Source of the DNA: Macrostomum lignano
Taxonomy: Eukaryota
NCBI GenBank assembly: GCA_002269645.1
Contig: NIVC01000558.1
Span: 472,261-536,260 of the forward strand
Length of the DNA: 64,000 nucleotides
Reading direction: 5' to 3'
This document shows, one piece after another, positions 38,196-50,600 of the stretch. Each line of letters opens with the position of its first letter. Position 1 is the stretch's first letter. The notes under the pieces are model-generated. The model did not search any database, was not told where the DNA came from, and worked only from the letters and a program-made list of their open reading frames with translations. A program made the position numbers and the translations under genes.

Positions 38196-41100
38196 ATGGC
38201 AACAGAGATGGAGCGGAAGCTGAGAGCGGCGCTGGAGGCTGGAGACAGCGAGGAGCTGCAACGACTGTGCGGTGAGGTCGGCAGCAACATCAAGCTGGAG
38301 GTGGGCGGCTTCGACAAGCAAGACTATCCCTTTGAAGAGCTTCGCAAAATGCCGCTGGCCCATCACGTGGCCTGCAAGCCGGTGAGCTCGTCGTGCCTGG
38401 AGCTGCTGATTGACAGATTCGGAACCGGCTGTCTGACATACGGATATGATAGGGACGAGACTCCAGTGCACTTGGCTGCCCAGCATCAGGACGAGTCTTG
38501 GATGAAGCTGGTTAAAGAGAAGGGAGGCAGAAGCTGCTTGAGAATTGTCGATAGATTGGAACAGATAGTCGCTCCCTTTGCCGCTATGAACAGAAAAAGC
38601 AACTCTTGTCTGAAGTGGCTGGTGAAGGAGCTCGGCAGCGACTGTCTCACAGTTCCTGACAAACGCGGTAACACGGCCGTCCATTTGGCCGCTCAGCATC
38701 AGGGCATCGAGTCGCTGGAGTGGATCAAGAGACAGATCGGAACTGACTGCTTTCGGCTGAAGGGAAATTATGATAGAACAGCATTTCACTTTGCTGCTCT
38801 GAAGTCTGACAATTCAAATCTGAAGTGGCTGGTGAAGGAGCTCGGCAGCGACTGTCTCACAGTTCCTGACATTTGCGGCGACAGGGCCGTCCATTTGGCC
38901 GCTCGGCATCAGGGCATCGAGTCGCTGGAGTGGATCAAGAGACAGATCGGAACTGACTGCTTTCGGCTGAAGGGAGACTATGATAGAACAGCATTTCACT
39001 TTGCTGCTCAGAAGTCTGACAATTCAAATCTGAAGTGGCTGGTGAAGGAGCTCGGCAGCGACTGTCTCACAGTTCCTGACATTTGCGGCGACAGGGCCGT
39101 CCATTTGGCCGCTCGGCATCAGGGCATCGAGTCGCTGGAGTGGATCAAGAGACAGATCGGAACTGACTGCTTTCGGCTGAAGGGAGACTATGATAGAACA
39201 GCATTTCACTTTGCTGCTCAGAAGTCTGACAATTCAAATCTGAAGTGGCTGGTGAAGGAGCTCGGCAGCGACTGTCTCACAGTTCCTGACGAAGACGGTG
39301 ACACGGCCGTCCATTTGGCCGCTCAGCATCAGGGCATCGAGTCGCTGGAGTGGATCAAGAGACAGATCGGAACTGACTGCTTTCGGCTGAAGGAAGACTA
39401 TGATAGAACAGCATTTCACTTTGCTGCTCAGAAGTCTGACAATTCAAATCTGAAGTGGCTGGTGAAGGAGCTCGGCAGCGACTGTCTCACAGTTCCTGAC
39501 AAATACGGTTACACGGCCGTCCATTTGGCCGCTCGGCATCAGGGCATCGAGTCGCTGGAGTGGATCAAGAGACAGATCGGAACTGACTGCTTTCGGCTGA
39601 AGGGAGACTATGATAGAACAGCATTTCACTTTGCTGCTCAGAAGTCTGACAATTCAAATCTGAAGTGGCTGGTGAAGGAGCTCGGCAGCGACTGTCTCAC
39701 AGTTCCTGGCTCACTGTGTATCACGGCCGTCCATTTGGCCGCTCAGTGGCAGCCAGTCGACTCTCTTCAGTTCATTTTTGACCAAATCGGAGCCGAAATG
39801 TTCAGCTTGAAGAAAAAGGATGGCGAAACACTGGCTGATGTTGTTGAGAGATGGTGGTGCACAGACCAGTCAGCAAAGCGGACCTGGATTTCCTCCACGC
39901 AGCGGCGGCTCGAAGCCTCTCGGCCTCCCGCTGGCAGCTCAGCGCCGACTGCCGCCTCAGCTGGGTGAGTCCTGACTGAGAACTGCTGCCTGACACTGAA
40001 AATACTGAAAATATTGTTTGGCGAAAATTCATTGCGCTTTGATGATCGGCGCCCTGAAATTCTCAGCAGCGCCGCTGTCAAGCGAGGGCATCATGAATCT
40101 GTCAGTGCAGCTCCTCATGGCGCCTCCAACTCTCCATGGCGCCCCAACCTCCCCATGGCGCCTCCAATCTCCTCATGGCGCCCCAAACTCCCCATAGCGC
40201 CTCCAATCTCCCCATGGCCTTTCAATCTCCCCATGGCGCCTCCAATCTCCTCATGGCTCCTCTAATCTCCTCATGGCTCACTCGTAAAACTCTTCCTACA
40301 GTGCTGCAGCTCAGCGTCCCCGCCCACGAGCTCGACAGAGCGTCCAGCCGCCTGGGCCGACTCCGGTCGGACATCCTGAGGAGACTCGGTGAGAAATGAT
40401 AAGGCGACAGTTGGTGAACTCGTCAAAACCTGCAGTCTGAGCGCAGGCAACCAGCCAAAAGGAACCTGGCACTTCATGGCACCTGCGGATGCTCATGGCA
40501 GAAGGGTGGTGACGCAGAAGGGTGGTGACGCAGAAGGGTGGTGACGCAGAAGGGTGGTGACGCAGAAGGGTGGTGACGCAGAAGGGTGGTGACGCAGAAG
40601 GGTGGTGACGCAGAAGGGTGGTGACGCAGAAGGGTGGTGACGCAGAAGGGTGGTGACGCAGAAGGGTGGTGACGCAGAAGGGTGGTGACGCAGAAGGGTG
40701 GTGACGCAGAAGGGTGGTGACGCAGAAGGGTGGTGACGCAGAAGGGTGGTGACGCAGAAGGGTGGTGACGCAGAAGGGTGGTGACGCAGAAGGGTGGTGA
40801 CGCAGAAGGGTGGTGACGCAGAAGGGTGGTGACGCAGAAGGGTGGTGACGCAGAAGGGTGGTGACGCAGAAGGGTGGTGACGCAGAAGGGTGGTGACGCA
40901 GAAGGGTGGTGACGCAGAAGGGTGGTGACGCAGAAGGGTGGTGACGCAGAAGGGTGGTGACGCAGAAGGGTGGTGACGCAGAAGGGTGGTGACGCAGAAG
41001 GGTGGTGACGCAGAAGGGTGGTGACGCAGAAGGGTGGTGACGCAGAAGGGTGGTGACGCAGAAGGGTGGTGACGCAGAAGGGTGGTGACGCAGAAGGGTG

Positions 41101-42647
41101 GTGACGCAGAAGGGTGGTGACGCAGAAGGGTGGTGACGCAGAAGGGTGGTGACGCAGAAGGGTGGTGACGCAGAAGGGTGGTGACGCAGAAGGGTGGTGA
41201 CGCAGAAGGGTGGTGACGCAGAAGGGGGGTAACGCAGAAGGGTGGTGACGTAGAAAGCTGGTGACGCAGAAGGCTGGTGACGCAGAAGGCTGGTGACGCA
41301 GAAGGGTGGTGACGCAGAAGGGTGGTGACGCAGAAGGGTGGTGACGCAGAAGGGTGGTGACGCAGAAGGGTGGTGACGCAGAAGGGTGGTGATGCAGAAG
41401 GGTGGTGACGCAGAAGGGTGGTGACGCAGAAGGGTGGTGACGCAGAAGGGTGGTGACGCAGAAGGCTGAGTGACTCCAAAGTACTCAGAAAGCCCCAAGC
41501 AACTCAAAATTCATCAATTCCTTCATTTCATGTTTCAGTGCCAAGAAGCAGCTGGACCCCAGCTTCACCGATTGGGACTTCATCCTGCAGAAAGACAAGA
41601 AGCAGCTCATCGGCCGTGGCGGATTCGGCAAGGTGTACAAGGCCCTCACAGACCGCAACCAGACGGTGGCTGTCAAGGTGCTGCCCCTGAGCGGCACCGG
41701 CCAATTGAGGAAGCTGCAGAAAGCCGTCGAGATGGAGAAGCGGGGAGTTGAGATCCTCAAGCGACTCTCGCATTCCAACATTGTGCAGTTCCTCAAGTGC
41801 GAGCAGAAGTCGGATGGGCTGTACATCTTCACCGAGCTGGTCTCGGGTCTCAGCCTCTTTGAGCTGATGCAGCGTCAGAACAAGCCGTTCAAGGAGTTCG
41901 GGGTCAGGGACTTCTCCAGACAGGTGCGTCTCTGAGTTCTCTGGCATTGCCTGGCATGGGTGGGATGTGGGATTAGTGTGGGTTCAGTGTGGGATCAGCG
42001 TGGGATCAGTGTGGGATCAGTGTGGGATCAGTGTGGGATCAGTGTGGGATCAGTGTGGGATCAGTGTGGGATCAGTGTGGGATCAGTGTGAGATCAGTGT
42101 GGGTGGTATTAAAAATGAATTCATGCACTCTCATGACTGCTCAAAACTGCTCCACCTGCAGATCTGCTCAGGCCTTAACTTCCTGCACTGCCAGCCGGAG
42201 GGCGCCATCTTGCACCGTGATATCAAGAGCTCTAATATTATGCTCACAAACGAGGGCGTCATCAAGCTGATCGACTTCGGCCTCGCCAAGGAGATCGTCG
42301 GCACCTGCGGCCTGAGCACAGGCGTCGATCCCAAAGGCACCTCCTACTTCATGGCGCCCGAGCTGTTCATAGGCGAGGGCGATTCGATTCCGTACTCAGC
42401 CAAGACCGACGTGTGGGCCTTCGGCTGCACCGTGTATGAGCTGACGGCCATGCAGCCTCCTGACGCGAACGTTCAGCAGTTCCGGATCGCCGTGCTGAGG
42501 TGCGGAGGGCGGGCGATGCCTCAGATTGCGGACGCGTTCTCAGCCGGCCTGAAGGACTTCTACCTCAGGTGCGTAGACTATGACCCGAGGAAGCGAGCGG
42601 ACACCGCGGAGCTGCTGCGGCACAGCTTCCTGAGTGCCTCATCGTGA
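38196..42647 (+). CDS. Ankyrin-repeat Ser/Thr kinase (STE/MAP3K-like), ~908 aa, exons 38196-39964, 40302-40388, 41539-41923, 42162-42647
   Basis: About 5 near-identical 70-aa double-ankyrin units (TAVHLAA/TAFHFAA); kinase motifs [15 protein letters not shown] in helix [22 protein letters not shown]; splice phases 2/2/0 are consistent and total 2727 nt. Confidence 0.85.
40496..41465 (+). repeat. 16-bp minisatellite (GCAGAAGGGTGGTGAC)n in kinase intron 2
   Basis: About 60 units. Confidence 0.97.
41985..42100 (+). repeat. 11-bp minisatellite (GTGTGGGATCA)n in kinase intron 3
   Basis: About 10 units. Confidence 0.9.
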
Positions 42648-43724
42648 CTGCGAGAGCGACGGGCTGTGAGGGAGCGGAGCGGCTCTTGGAGCGGGCGGTT
42701 TTGCTTGCTGACGTTGTCTGCTTTTGTTTATATGATTGCCCTTTTTTGTTTGTCTGATTGCTCTTTTTGTTTATCCGATTGACCTTTTTGTTTATCTGAT
42801 TGCCCTTTTTGTTTATCTGATTGCCCTTTTTGTTTATTTGATTGCCCTTTTTGTTTGTCTGATTGCTCTTTTTGTTTATCCGATTGACTTTTTTGTTTAT
42901 CTAATTGCCCTTTTTGTTTATCTGATTGCCCTTTTTGTTTATCTGATTGCCCTTTTTGTTTGTCTGATTGCTCTTTTTGTTTATCCGATAGCCTTTTTGT
43001 TTATCTGATTGCCCTTTTTGTTTATCTGATTGCCTTTTTTTATCCGATAGCCTTTTTGTATATCTGATTGCCCTTTTTGTTTATCTGATTGCCCTTTTTG
43101 TTTATCTGATTGCCCTTTTTGTTTATCCGATTGTTTTTTGTTAATCCGATTGTTTTTTGTTAATCCGATTCGATTACTCGTCTTATTACGAGGGATATAT
43201 CTAATTACTAGTACATCTTTTTTTTCAACTGCCATGTTTTGTTTATTTGAATGCCTTGTTTGTTGTTTATTTGATTAGATTTTGGATTTATTATCGATTT
43301 GCTGCTTCCCGATGCCCGGATCAGTTATCCAATCACAGTTTTGTTTATTCGGCTGCGATTCGGAATTCAAATTTTATTTATTTGACTTCCGGGTTTGTTT
43401 TACCGGTTGCTCCTTTCAATTAATGAGACATTTTTGTGCTCACTCGAGTGCTATTTCAGTTTCAAGCTGATCAATGTTGATTTTGAAACTCTGGCACAAA
43501 GCCAATCACAATTTCCCCAATCTGCTCAGACTGCTCAATGCCTACTCCAGATTTCTGTTGCCGAGAATTTTTCACATTTTTCAGCCACCGGTTTGGCACT
43601 TTTTCCGGCACTGATTTTTGTATTTGATTTTTGGACTGACTTTTTATTAGCAACTGTTGGAGCAGGAAGTGCAGCGCTTACTCAAGACTTCTCAGTTAAA
43701 TATACAGCCACCGCTTGGCTTGCA

Positions 43725-44065
43725 GTGACCCGCTGTGTCCTGACTTGCCGTGACCCGCTGTGTCCTGACTTGCCGTGACCCGCTGTATCCTGACTTGCCG
43801 TGACCCGCTGTGTCCTGACTTGCCGTGACCCGCTGTGTCTTGACTTGCCGTGACCCGCTGTGTCCTGACTTGCCGTGACCCGCTGTGTCCTGACTTGCCG
43901 TGACCCGCTGTGTCCTGACTTGCCGTGACCCGCTGTGTCCTGACTTGCGGTGACCCGCTGTGTCCTGACTTGCCGTGACCCGCTGTGTCCTGACTTGCCG
44001 TGACCCGCTGTGTCCTGACTTGCCGTGACCCGCTGTGTCCTGACTTGCCGTGATCCGCTGTGTCC
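43725..44065 (+). repeat. 25-bp minisatellite (GTGACCCGCTGTGTCCTGACTTGCC)n
   Basis: About 13 units. Confidence 0.95.
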
Positions 44066-44747
44066 CATTTCATATTTCAATATTTCGCAGAATCATTCCT
44101 GAGCCTAACTCAGTGCAATGCACACAACAGTGCGGGGAAGGCAGAGCTGATGAAGCAGGCATGCAGTGAAGCTGGCCATTGTTTTCAAAGGGCTTGCAGA
44201 GTGTCATGAGGTCTGAGGCTGCCTCACGGCTCGGCCCCTCACGCAGTGAGCAAAGAGATGTGCAGAGCCCTTAACTGCACAGACGCTGCAGAGCTGCTCC
44301 AGTTGCCATGGCAATGGGGGAGACTCGAGCTCGGAGAGAGTCTGTGGACAGCTGAGCAATGTGCTCACCTGGAGGCTGGGTGGTGCGGCTTGTTGCTTCA
44401 TCTGCACAAAAGTGTGTTCAAACGAGCATCAGCCATTCTGTGCATCTCATTTGAACAGCAGATGCTGCATCAATGATGCTGGCAGACACTTGAGTCTGTG
44501 CTCACTCAGTGCACTGTGCAATGTACATAAATAAGTGTTTGCAGTGGCTTCGCATTGCATTGAACTGAGACAATGGCGGGGCATGAGGGGCTGCTCAGCC
44601 CCCTCAGCGGGGCGCCGCTGTTTTGAGCAGGAAAATGAGAATAAAACCGCATTTCTGCTTTCATTTGGACCGAATTTGGTGCGAAAGCACTTTTGAGACT
44701 ACTCTAGATAGCAGAGTATGGTTTTAAACTGAATGCACACTTTTGCT

Positions 44748-45045
44748 GTTAGACATGGGAGTCTCCTGTTAGACATGGGAGTCTCCTGTTAGACATGGGA
44801 GTCTCCTGTTAGACATGGTGTCCTGTTAGGCATGGGAGTCTCCTGTTAGACATGGTGTCCTGTTAGACATGGGAGTCTCCTGTTAGACATGGGAGTCTCC
44901 TGTTAGACATGGGAGTCTCCTGTTAGACATGAGAGTCTCCTGTTAGACATGGGAGTCTCCTGTTAGACATGGGAGTCTCCTGTTAGACATGAGAGCCTCC
45001 TGTTAGACATGGTGTCCTGTTAGACATGAGAGTCTCCTGTTTGAT
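44748..45045 (+). repeat. 20-bp minisatellite (TTAGACATGGGAGTCTCCTG)n
   Basis: About 15 units. Confidence 0.93.
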
Positions 45046-45470
45046 ATGACAGTCTTCTTTACTCTTCTCTCTCACCCTCTTCTCTCCTTCCCACCCTCTT
45101 CATATCCAGCAATGTTATCGAAATTTTCTAGTGGGAGAATTATTAATTCATGCATATGTCATGTCGTTTTTTCCCCATCTTTGTGAGATTCTGGTGAATC
45201 TCGGGTGAGATTGTGGTGAGGGTAAGATCAAGGGAAAGGGCATAAAATAGGAGGTACAAGGGGGTTCGTAGGTTTCATGCTGTTGTTAATTTTGATCGAT
45301 GAATTCATGTACTGTTTATGACCGATTCTTCATAGCTACACTACATGTGCGAGTAATTATTATGCTTGTCTATGATCTACATGTACTGAGTATGACTGCA
45401 ATCGCCTATGACTATACTATGACCGTAATTGTCTATGACCTAAATTAATGCCAAAGACTTATAATCCAAT

Positions 45471-45895
45471 ATGGAGGCCACAGTTGGTGAACTCTTCAAC
45501 ACCTGCAGCCTGAGCGCAGGCAGCCAGGCAAAAGGCACCTGGCACTTCATAGCCCCGGAGATGATCATGGGCGAGGGCGATTCGATTCCGTACTCAGCCA
45601 AGACCGACGTGTGGGCCTTCGGCTGCACCGTGTATGAGCTGACGGCCATGCAGCCTCAGGATCGCCGTGCTGAGGTGCGGAGGGCGGGCGATGCCTCGGA
45701 TTGCGGACGGGTTCTCAGCCGACATGAAGGACTTCTACCTCAGGTGCGTAGACTATGACCCGAAGAAGCGAGCGGACACCGCGGAGCTGCTGCGGCACAG
45801 CTTCCTGAGTGCCTCATCGTGACTGCGAGAGCGACGGGCTGTGAGGGAGCGGAGCGGCTCTTGAAGCGGGCGGTTTGCTTGCTGACGTTGTCTAC
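45471..45895 (+). pseudogene. Truncated duplicate of the kinase C-lobe exon plus 3' UTR
   Basis: [29 protein letters not shown] is identical to kinase exon 4; a ~23-bp deletion causes a frameshift; no N-lobe. Confidence 0.8.
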
Positions 45896-46314
45896 TTTTG
45901 TGTTATAGTCTATGGCTACGGCGCATAGCAATAAAAATCGATAGTTGCTCCAAAAATGAATTTTGACGCAAGGCAGATCGTTTGACGCATCCATGTTCGT
46001 TCACGCTAACAAGAGTGAACTATCTAGGGTTAAAGTATCTGTGGTATCGTGTTATTTTTGCGGGGTATTTCGGAGTCGACCAATAATGACCAGCAATTGA
46101 TGCCCGCCTTGAATTTCTATGGCCAGGAGCTCCGTGAACGACATCCGTGGCCGTAGATTGCAGTATACAGCTCGTATTTTAGCAGATATCAACTGTAATC
46201 ATGTGAATAACCTATATCTGTTAAATGCATGCCTTACTGTTGCAAGCTTATCAACTAAGTCGAGAATCCGTCTAAGTTGTTCTCAGACATCCGGAAACTT
46301 CCGTTTCATTCACA

Positions 46315-46455
46315 GCCATTCATAGCGATTCATAGCCATTCATAGCCATTCATAGCCATTCATAGCCCTTCATAGCCCTTCATAGCCATTCATAGCTATT
46401 TATAGCTATTCAAATTCATTCATTGCCATTCATAGCCGTTCATAGCCATTCACCA
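46315..46455 (+). repeat. 10-bp minisatellite (TCATAGCCAT)n
   Basis: About 13 units. Confidence 0.9.
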
Positions 46456-46881
46456 TTGATCAGACAGAATCACCCGAATATAGATACGATGTATTGATAT
46501 GAGATGAGCAAGTATATTATGTAGAAGATTAAACATGGACTTTTTAGGGATTTATAAAAGTACATGTAGCTTCGAAATCGCATAATGTTTAATTTCATAA
46601 AAAATTAACACAGCGATCATTCGAAAATATTGTGAATATAACCGGATAGAATCCCTGAGAACGGAGTCAATGGCAATAATATGTGATCAACTATCTGTCC
46701 GTCATATATTTATTCAGTTTCCCGCTAATGTAAATCATTTACTAAGTGTCTGTAATAAATAAATGATGTTAATTAGTATTTGCTTGTTAAAAGATGCGCG
46801 CAACTTTGCTGCCATTCGATATCTTAATCAAATTCATTCAGCTTGTAAACTACTGCTAGTAGTTTAAATGAGTTTCCAGTT

Positions 46882-47376
46882 CTATCCATTTGTGTCGGTG
46901 AGCGGCACCACAATCACTGGCCGGTGCGCATGGTGAACAGCATAGTCCGATACGCTGCCAAGCATGGTTCGTTGAAGTCGTTTCAATCCGCGAGTGCCCA
47001 TTAGAATGGCGGCAGCGTCTAGTTCTGTTGCCATGGCAACAATCGCCTTGCTCGGTTCGGCTCCGTACTTGTCAATGAACTTGACGGAGTCTGCTGGCAA
47101 GCCCAGCTGTTGGCAAAGTGCCAAGCAGCGTTTGCGCACCCTGTCGATCTGGGCTGACGATTCTTGCATCAGCTGGGTGTACAGCTCTGTCTTGGACATC
47201 TTCAAGGTCGTGTTGCCGCGCGGCAGCGGCGGGGCTTCAACTGAATAAAAGATCACCAGCTGGTGTCGAATGTCTCTTTCAGCATTGAGTCTGGCGAACC
47301 AGCTCAGAGCCGCCTGGCTGTTCTCACTGTTGTCGTAGGCGAGTAGAAACACGGTGGGCTGCTGGGGCGAGGTCAT
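46882..47376 (-). CDS. Universal stress protein A-like (USP) domain protein, intronless, 164 aa
   Basis: N-terminal LLAYDNSENSQAAL; C-terminal ILMGTRGLKRLQRTMLGSVSDYAVHHAHRPVIVVP (USP ATP-binding G-x2-G-x9-GS motif). Confidence 0.92.
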   Translation of the reverse strand: MTSPQQPTVFLLAYDNSENSQAALSWFARLNAERDIRHQLVIFYSVEAPPLPRGNTTLKMSKTELYTQLMQESSAQIDRVRKRCLALCQQLGLPADSVKFIDKYGAEPSKAIVAMATELDAAAILMGTRGLKRLQRTMLGSVSDYAVHHAHRPVIVVPLTDTNG

Positions 47377-47689
47377 GGCCTATGAGCAGTATATGAGCAG
47401 CTTGTGATATCGCTTAGCATAAAACTCTTTAGTGTTACATTACTTATAAATTAAAATCTCATAACAAACTTTCTCTCGTTCGAGATCAGATAAGAAAAGA
47501 GCTGCTGGTTCGGTCTTATTTGTATACGTACTCGATACGGTTTGAACAAATTTGAAACTCGAGAGCTCTGCACGCATGTTGCACTGACATAAACTGCACA
47601 CGATTCAAAGGGGACAAAAAAGCAGAAAAACAAAAACGAACCGTAAATTGCGAGCCGGAGAAGGGGAGTGAGGAGGGAATAGAGATAGG

Positions 47690-50600
47690 AGAGATGAGTG
47701 AAAAGGAGGAGAGGAAAGAAGAGGAGAGATGTAATTGATGAAGGAAGAGAAGATAGGAAAGAAGAGGAGAGAAGGGAGAGAAGGGAGAGAAGGGAGAGAA
47801 GAGAAGAGAAGAGAGAGAAGAGGAGAGAAGGGAGAGAAGAGAAGAGAAGGGAGAGAAGGGAGAGAAAGGAGAGAAGAGAAGAGAAGGAAGAGAAGAGGAA
47901 AGAAGGGAGAGAAGGGAAAGAAGGGAGAGAAGGGAGAGAAGGGAGAGAAGGGAGAGAAGGGAGAGAAGAGGAGAGAAGGAGAGGAAAGAAGGGAGAGAAG
48001 GGAGAGAAGGGAGAGAAGGGAGAGAAGAGGAGAGAAGGAGAGGAAAGAAGGGAGAGAAGGGAGAGAAGGGAGAGGAGGGGAAAGAAGGGAGAGAAGCGGA
48101 GAGAAGGGAGAGAAGGGAGACAAGGGAGAGAAGGGAGAGAAGAGGAGAGAAGGAGAGGAAAGAAGGGAGAGAAGGGAGAGAAGGGAGAGGAGGGGAAAGA
48201 AGGGAGAGAAGGGAGAGAAGGGAGAGAAGGGAGAGAAGAGAAGAGAAGAGAGAGAAGGGAGAGATGGAGAGAAGGGAGAGAAGGGAGAGAAGGGAGAGAA
48301 GAGGAGAGAAGGAGAGGAAAGAAGGGAGAGAAGGGAGAGAAGGGAGAGGAGGGGAAAGAAGGGAGAGAAGCGGAGAGAAGGGAGAGAAGGGAGACAAGGG
48401 AGAGAAGGGAGAGAAGGGAGAGAAGAGGAGAGAAGGAGAGGAAAGAAGGGAGAGAAGGGAGAGAAGAGGAGAGAAGGAGAGGAAAGAAGGGAGAGAAGGG
48501 AGAGAAGGGAGAGGAGGGGAAAGAAGGGAGAGAAGCGGAGAGAAGGGAGAGAAGGGAGAGAAGAGGAGAGAAGGAGAGGAAAGAAGGGAGAGAAGGGAAA
48601 GAAGGGAGAGAAGGGAGAGAAGGGAGAGAAGGGAGAGGAGGGAAAGAAGGGAGAGAAGGGAGAGAAGGGAGAGGAGGGAGAGAAGGGAGAGAAGGGAGAG
48701 AAGAGAAGAGAAGGAAGAGAAGAGGAGAGAAGGGAGAGAAGAGAAGAGAAGGGAGAGAAGACAGAGAAGGGAGAGAAGGGAGAGAAGAGGAGAGAAGGAG
48801 AGGAAAGAAGGGAGAGAAGGGAGAGAAGGGAGAGGAGGGGAAAGAAGGGAGAGAAGAGGAGAGAAGGGAGAGATGGAGAGAAGGGAGAGAAGGGAGAGAA
48901 GAGAGAGAAGAGGAGAGAAGGAGAGGAAAGAAGGGAGAGAAGGGAGAGAAGGGAGAGGAGGGGAAAGAAGGGAGAGAAGCGGAGAGAAGGGAGAGATGGA
49001 GAGAAGGGAGAGAAGGGAGAGAAGGGAGAGAAGAGGAGAGAAGGAGAGGAAAGAAGGGAGAGAAGGGAGAGAAGGGAGAGGAGGGGAAAGAAGGGAGAGA
49101 AGGGAGAGAAGGGAGAGGAGGGGAAAGAAGGGAGAGAAGCGGAGAGAAGGGAGAGAAGGGAGAGAAGAGGAGACAAGGAGAGGAAAGAAGGGAGAGAAGG
49201 GAAAGAAGGGAGAGAAGGGAGAGAAGGGAGAGAAGGGAGAGAAGGGAGAGAAGAGGAGAGAAGGAGAGGAAAGAAGGGAGAGAAGGGAGAGAAGGGAGAG
49301 AAGGGAGAGAAGAGAAGAGAAGAGAGAGAAGGGAGAGATGGAGAGAAGGGAGAGAAGGGAGAGAAGGGAGAGAAGAGGAGAGAAGGAGAGGAAAGAAGGG
49401 AGAGAAGGGAGAGAAGGGAGAGGAGGGGAAAGAAGGGAGAGAAGCGGAGAGAAGGGAGAGATGGAGAGAAGGGAGAGAAGGGAGAGAAGGGAGAGAAGAG
49501 GAGAGAAGGAGAGGAAAGAAGGGAGAGAAGGGAGAGAAGGGAGAGGAGGGGAAAGAAGGGAGAGAAGCGGAGAGAAGGGAGAGATGGAGAGAAGGGAGAG
49601 AAGGGAGAGAAGGGAGAGAAGAGGAGAGAAGGAGAGGAAAGAAGGGAGAGAAGGGAGAGAAGGGAGAGAAGAGGAGAGAAGGAGAGGAAAGAAGGGAGAG
49701 AAGGGAGAGAAGGGAGAGAAGGGAGAGGAGGGGAAAGAAGGGAGAGAAGAGGAGAGAAGAGAAGAGAAGGAAGAGAAGAGGAGAGAAGGGAGAGAAGAGA
49801 AGAGAAGGGAGAGAAGGGAGAGAAGGGAGAGAAGGGAGAGAAGAGAGAGAAGGGAGAGAAGAGAGAGAAGAGGAGAGAAGGAGAGGAAAGAAGGGAGAGA
49901 AGGGAGAGAAGAGGAGAGAAGGAGAGGAAAGAAGGGAGAGAAGGGAGAGAAGGGAGAGGAGGGGAAAGAAGGGAGAGAAGCGGAGAGAAGGGAGAGAAGG
50001 GAGAGAAGAGGAGAGAAGGAGAGGAAAGAAGGGAGAGAAGGGAAAGAAGGGAGAGAAGGGAGAGAAGGGAGAGAAGGGAGAGGAGGGGAAAGAAGTGAGA
50101 GAAGGGAGAGAAGGGAGAGGAGGGAGAGAAGGGAGAGAAGGGAGAGAAGAGAAGAGAAGGAAGAGAAGAGGAGAGAAGGGAGAGAAGAGAAGAGAAGGGA
50201 GAGAAGACAGAGAAGGGAGAGAAGGGAGAGAAGAGGAGAGAAGGAGAGGAAAGAAGGGAGAGAAGGGAGAGAAGGGAGAGGAGGGGAAAGAAGGGAGAGA
50301 AGCGGAGAGAAGGGAGAGATGGAGAGAAGGGAGAGAAGGGAGAGAAGGGAGAGAAGAGAAGAGAAGGAGAGGAAAGAAGGGAGAGAAGGGAGAGAAGGGA
50401 GAGGAGGGGAAAGAAGGGAGAGAAGCGGAGAGAAGGGAGAGATGGAGAGAAGGGAGAGAAGGGAGAGAAGGGAGAGAAGAGGAGAGAAGGAGAGGAAAGA
50501 AGGGAGAGAAGGGAGAGAAGAGAGAGAAGGGAGAGGAGGGGAAAGAAGGGAGAGAAGGGAGAGAAGGAAGAGAAGGGAGAGAAGAGGAGAGAAGGAGAGG

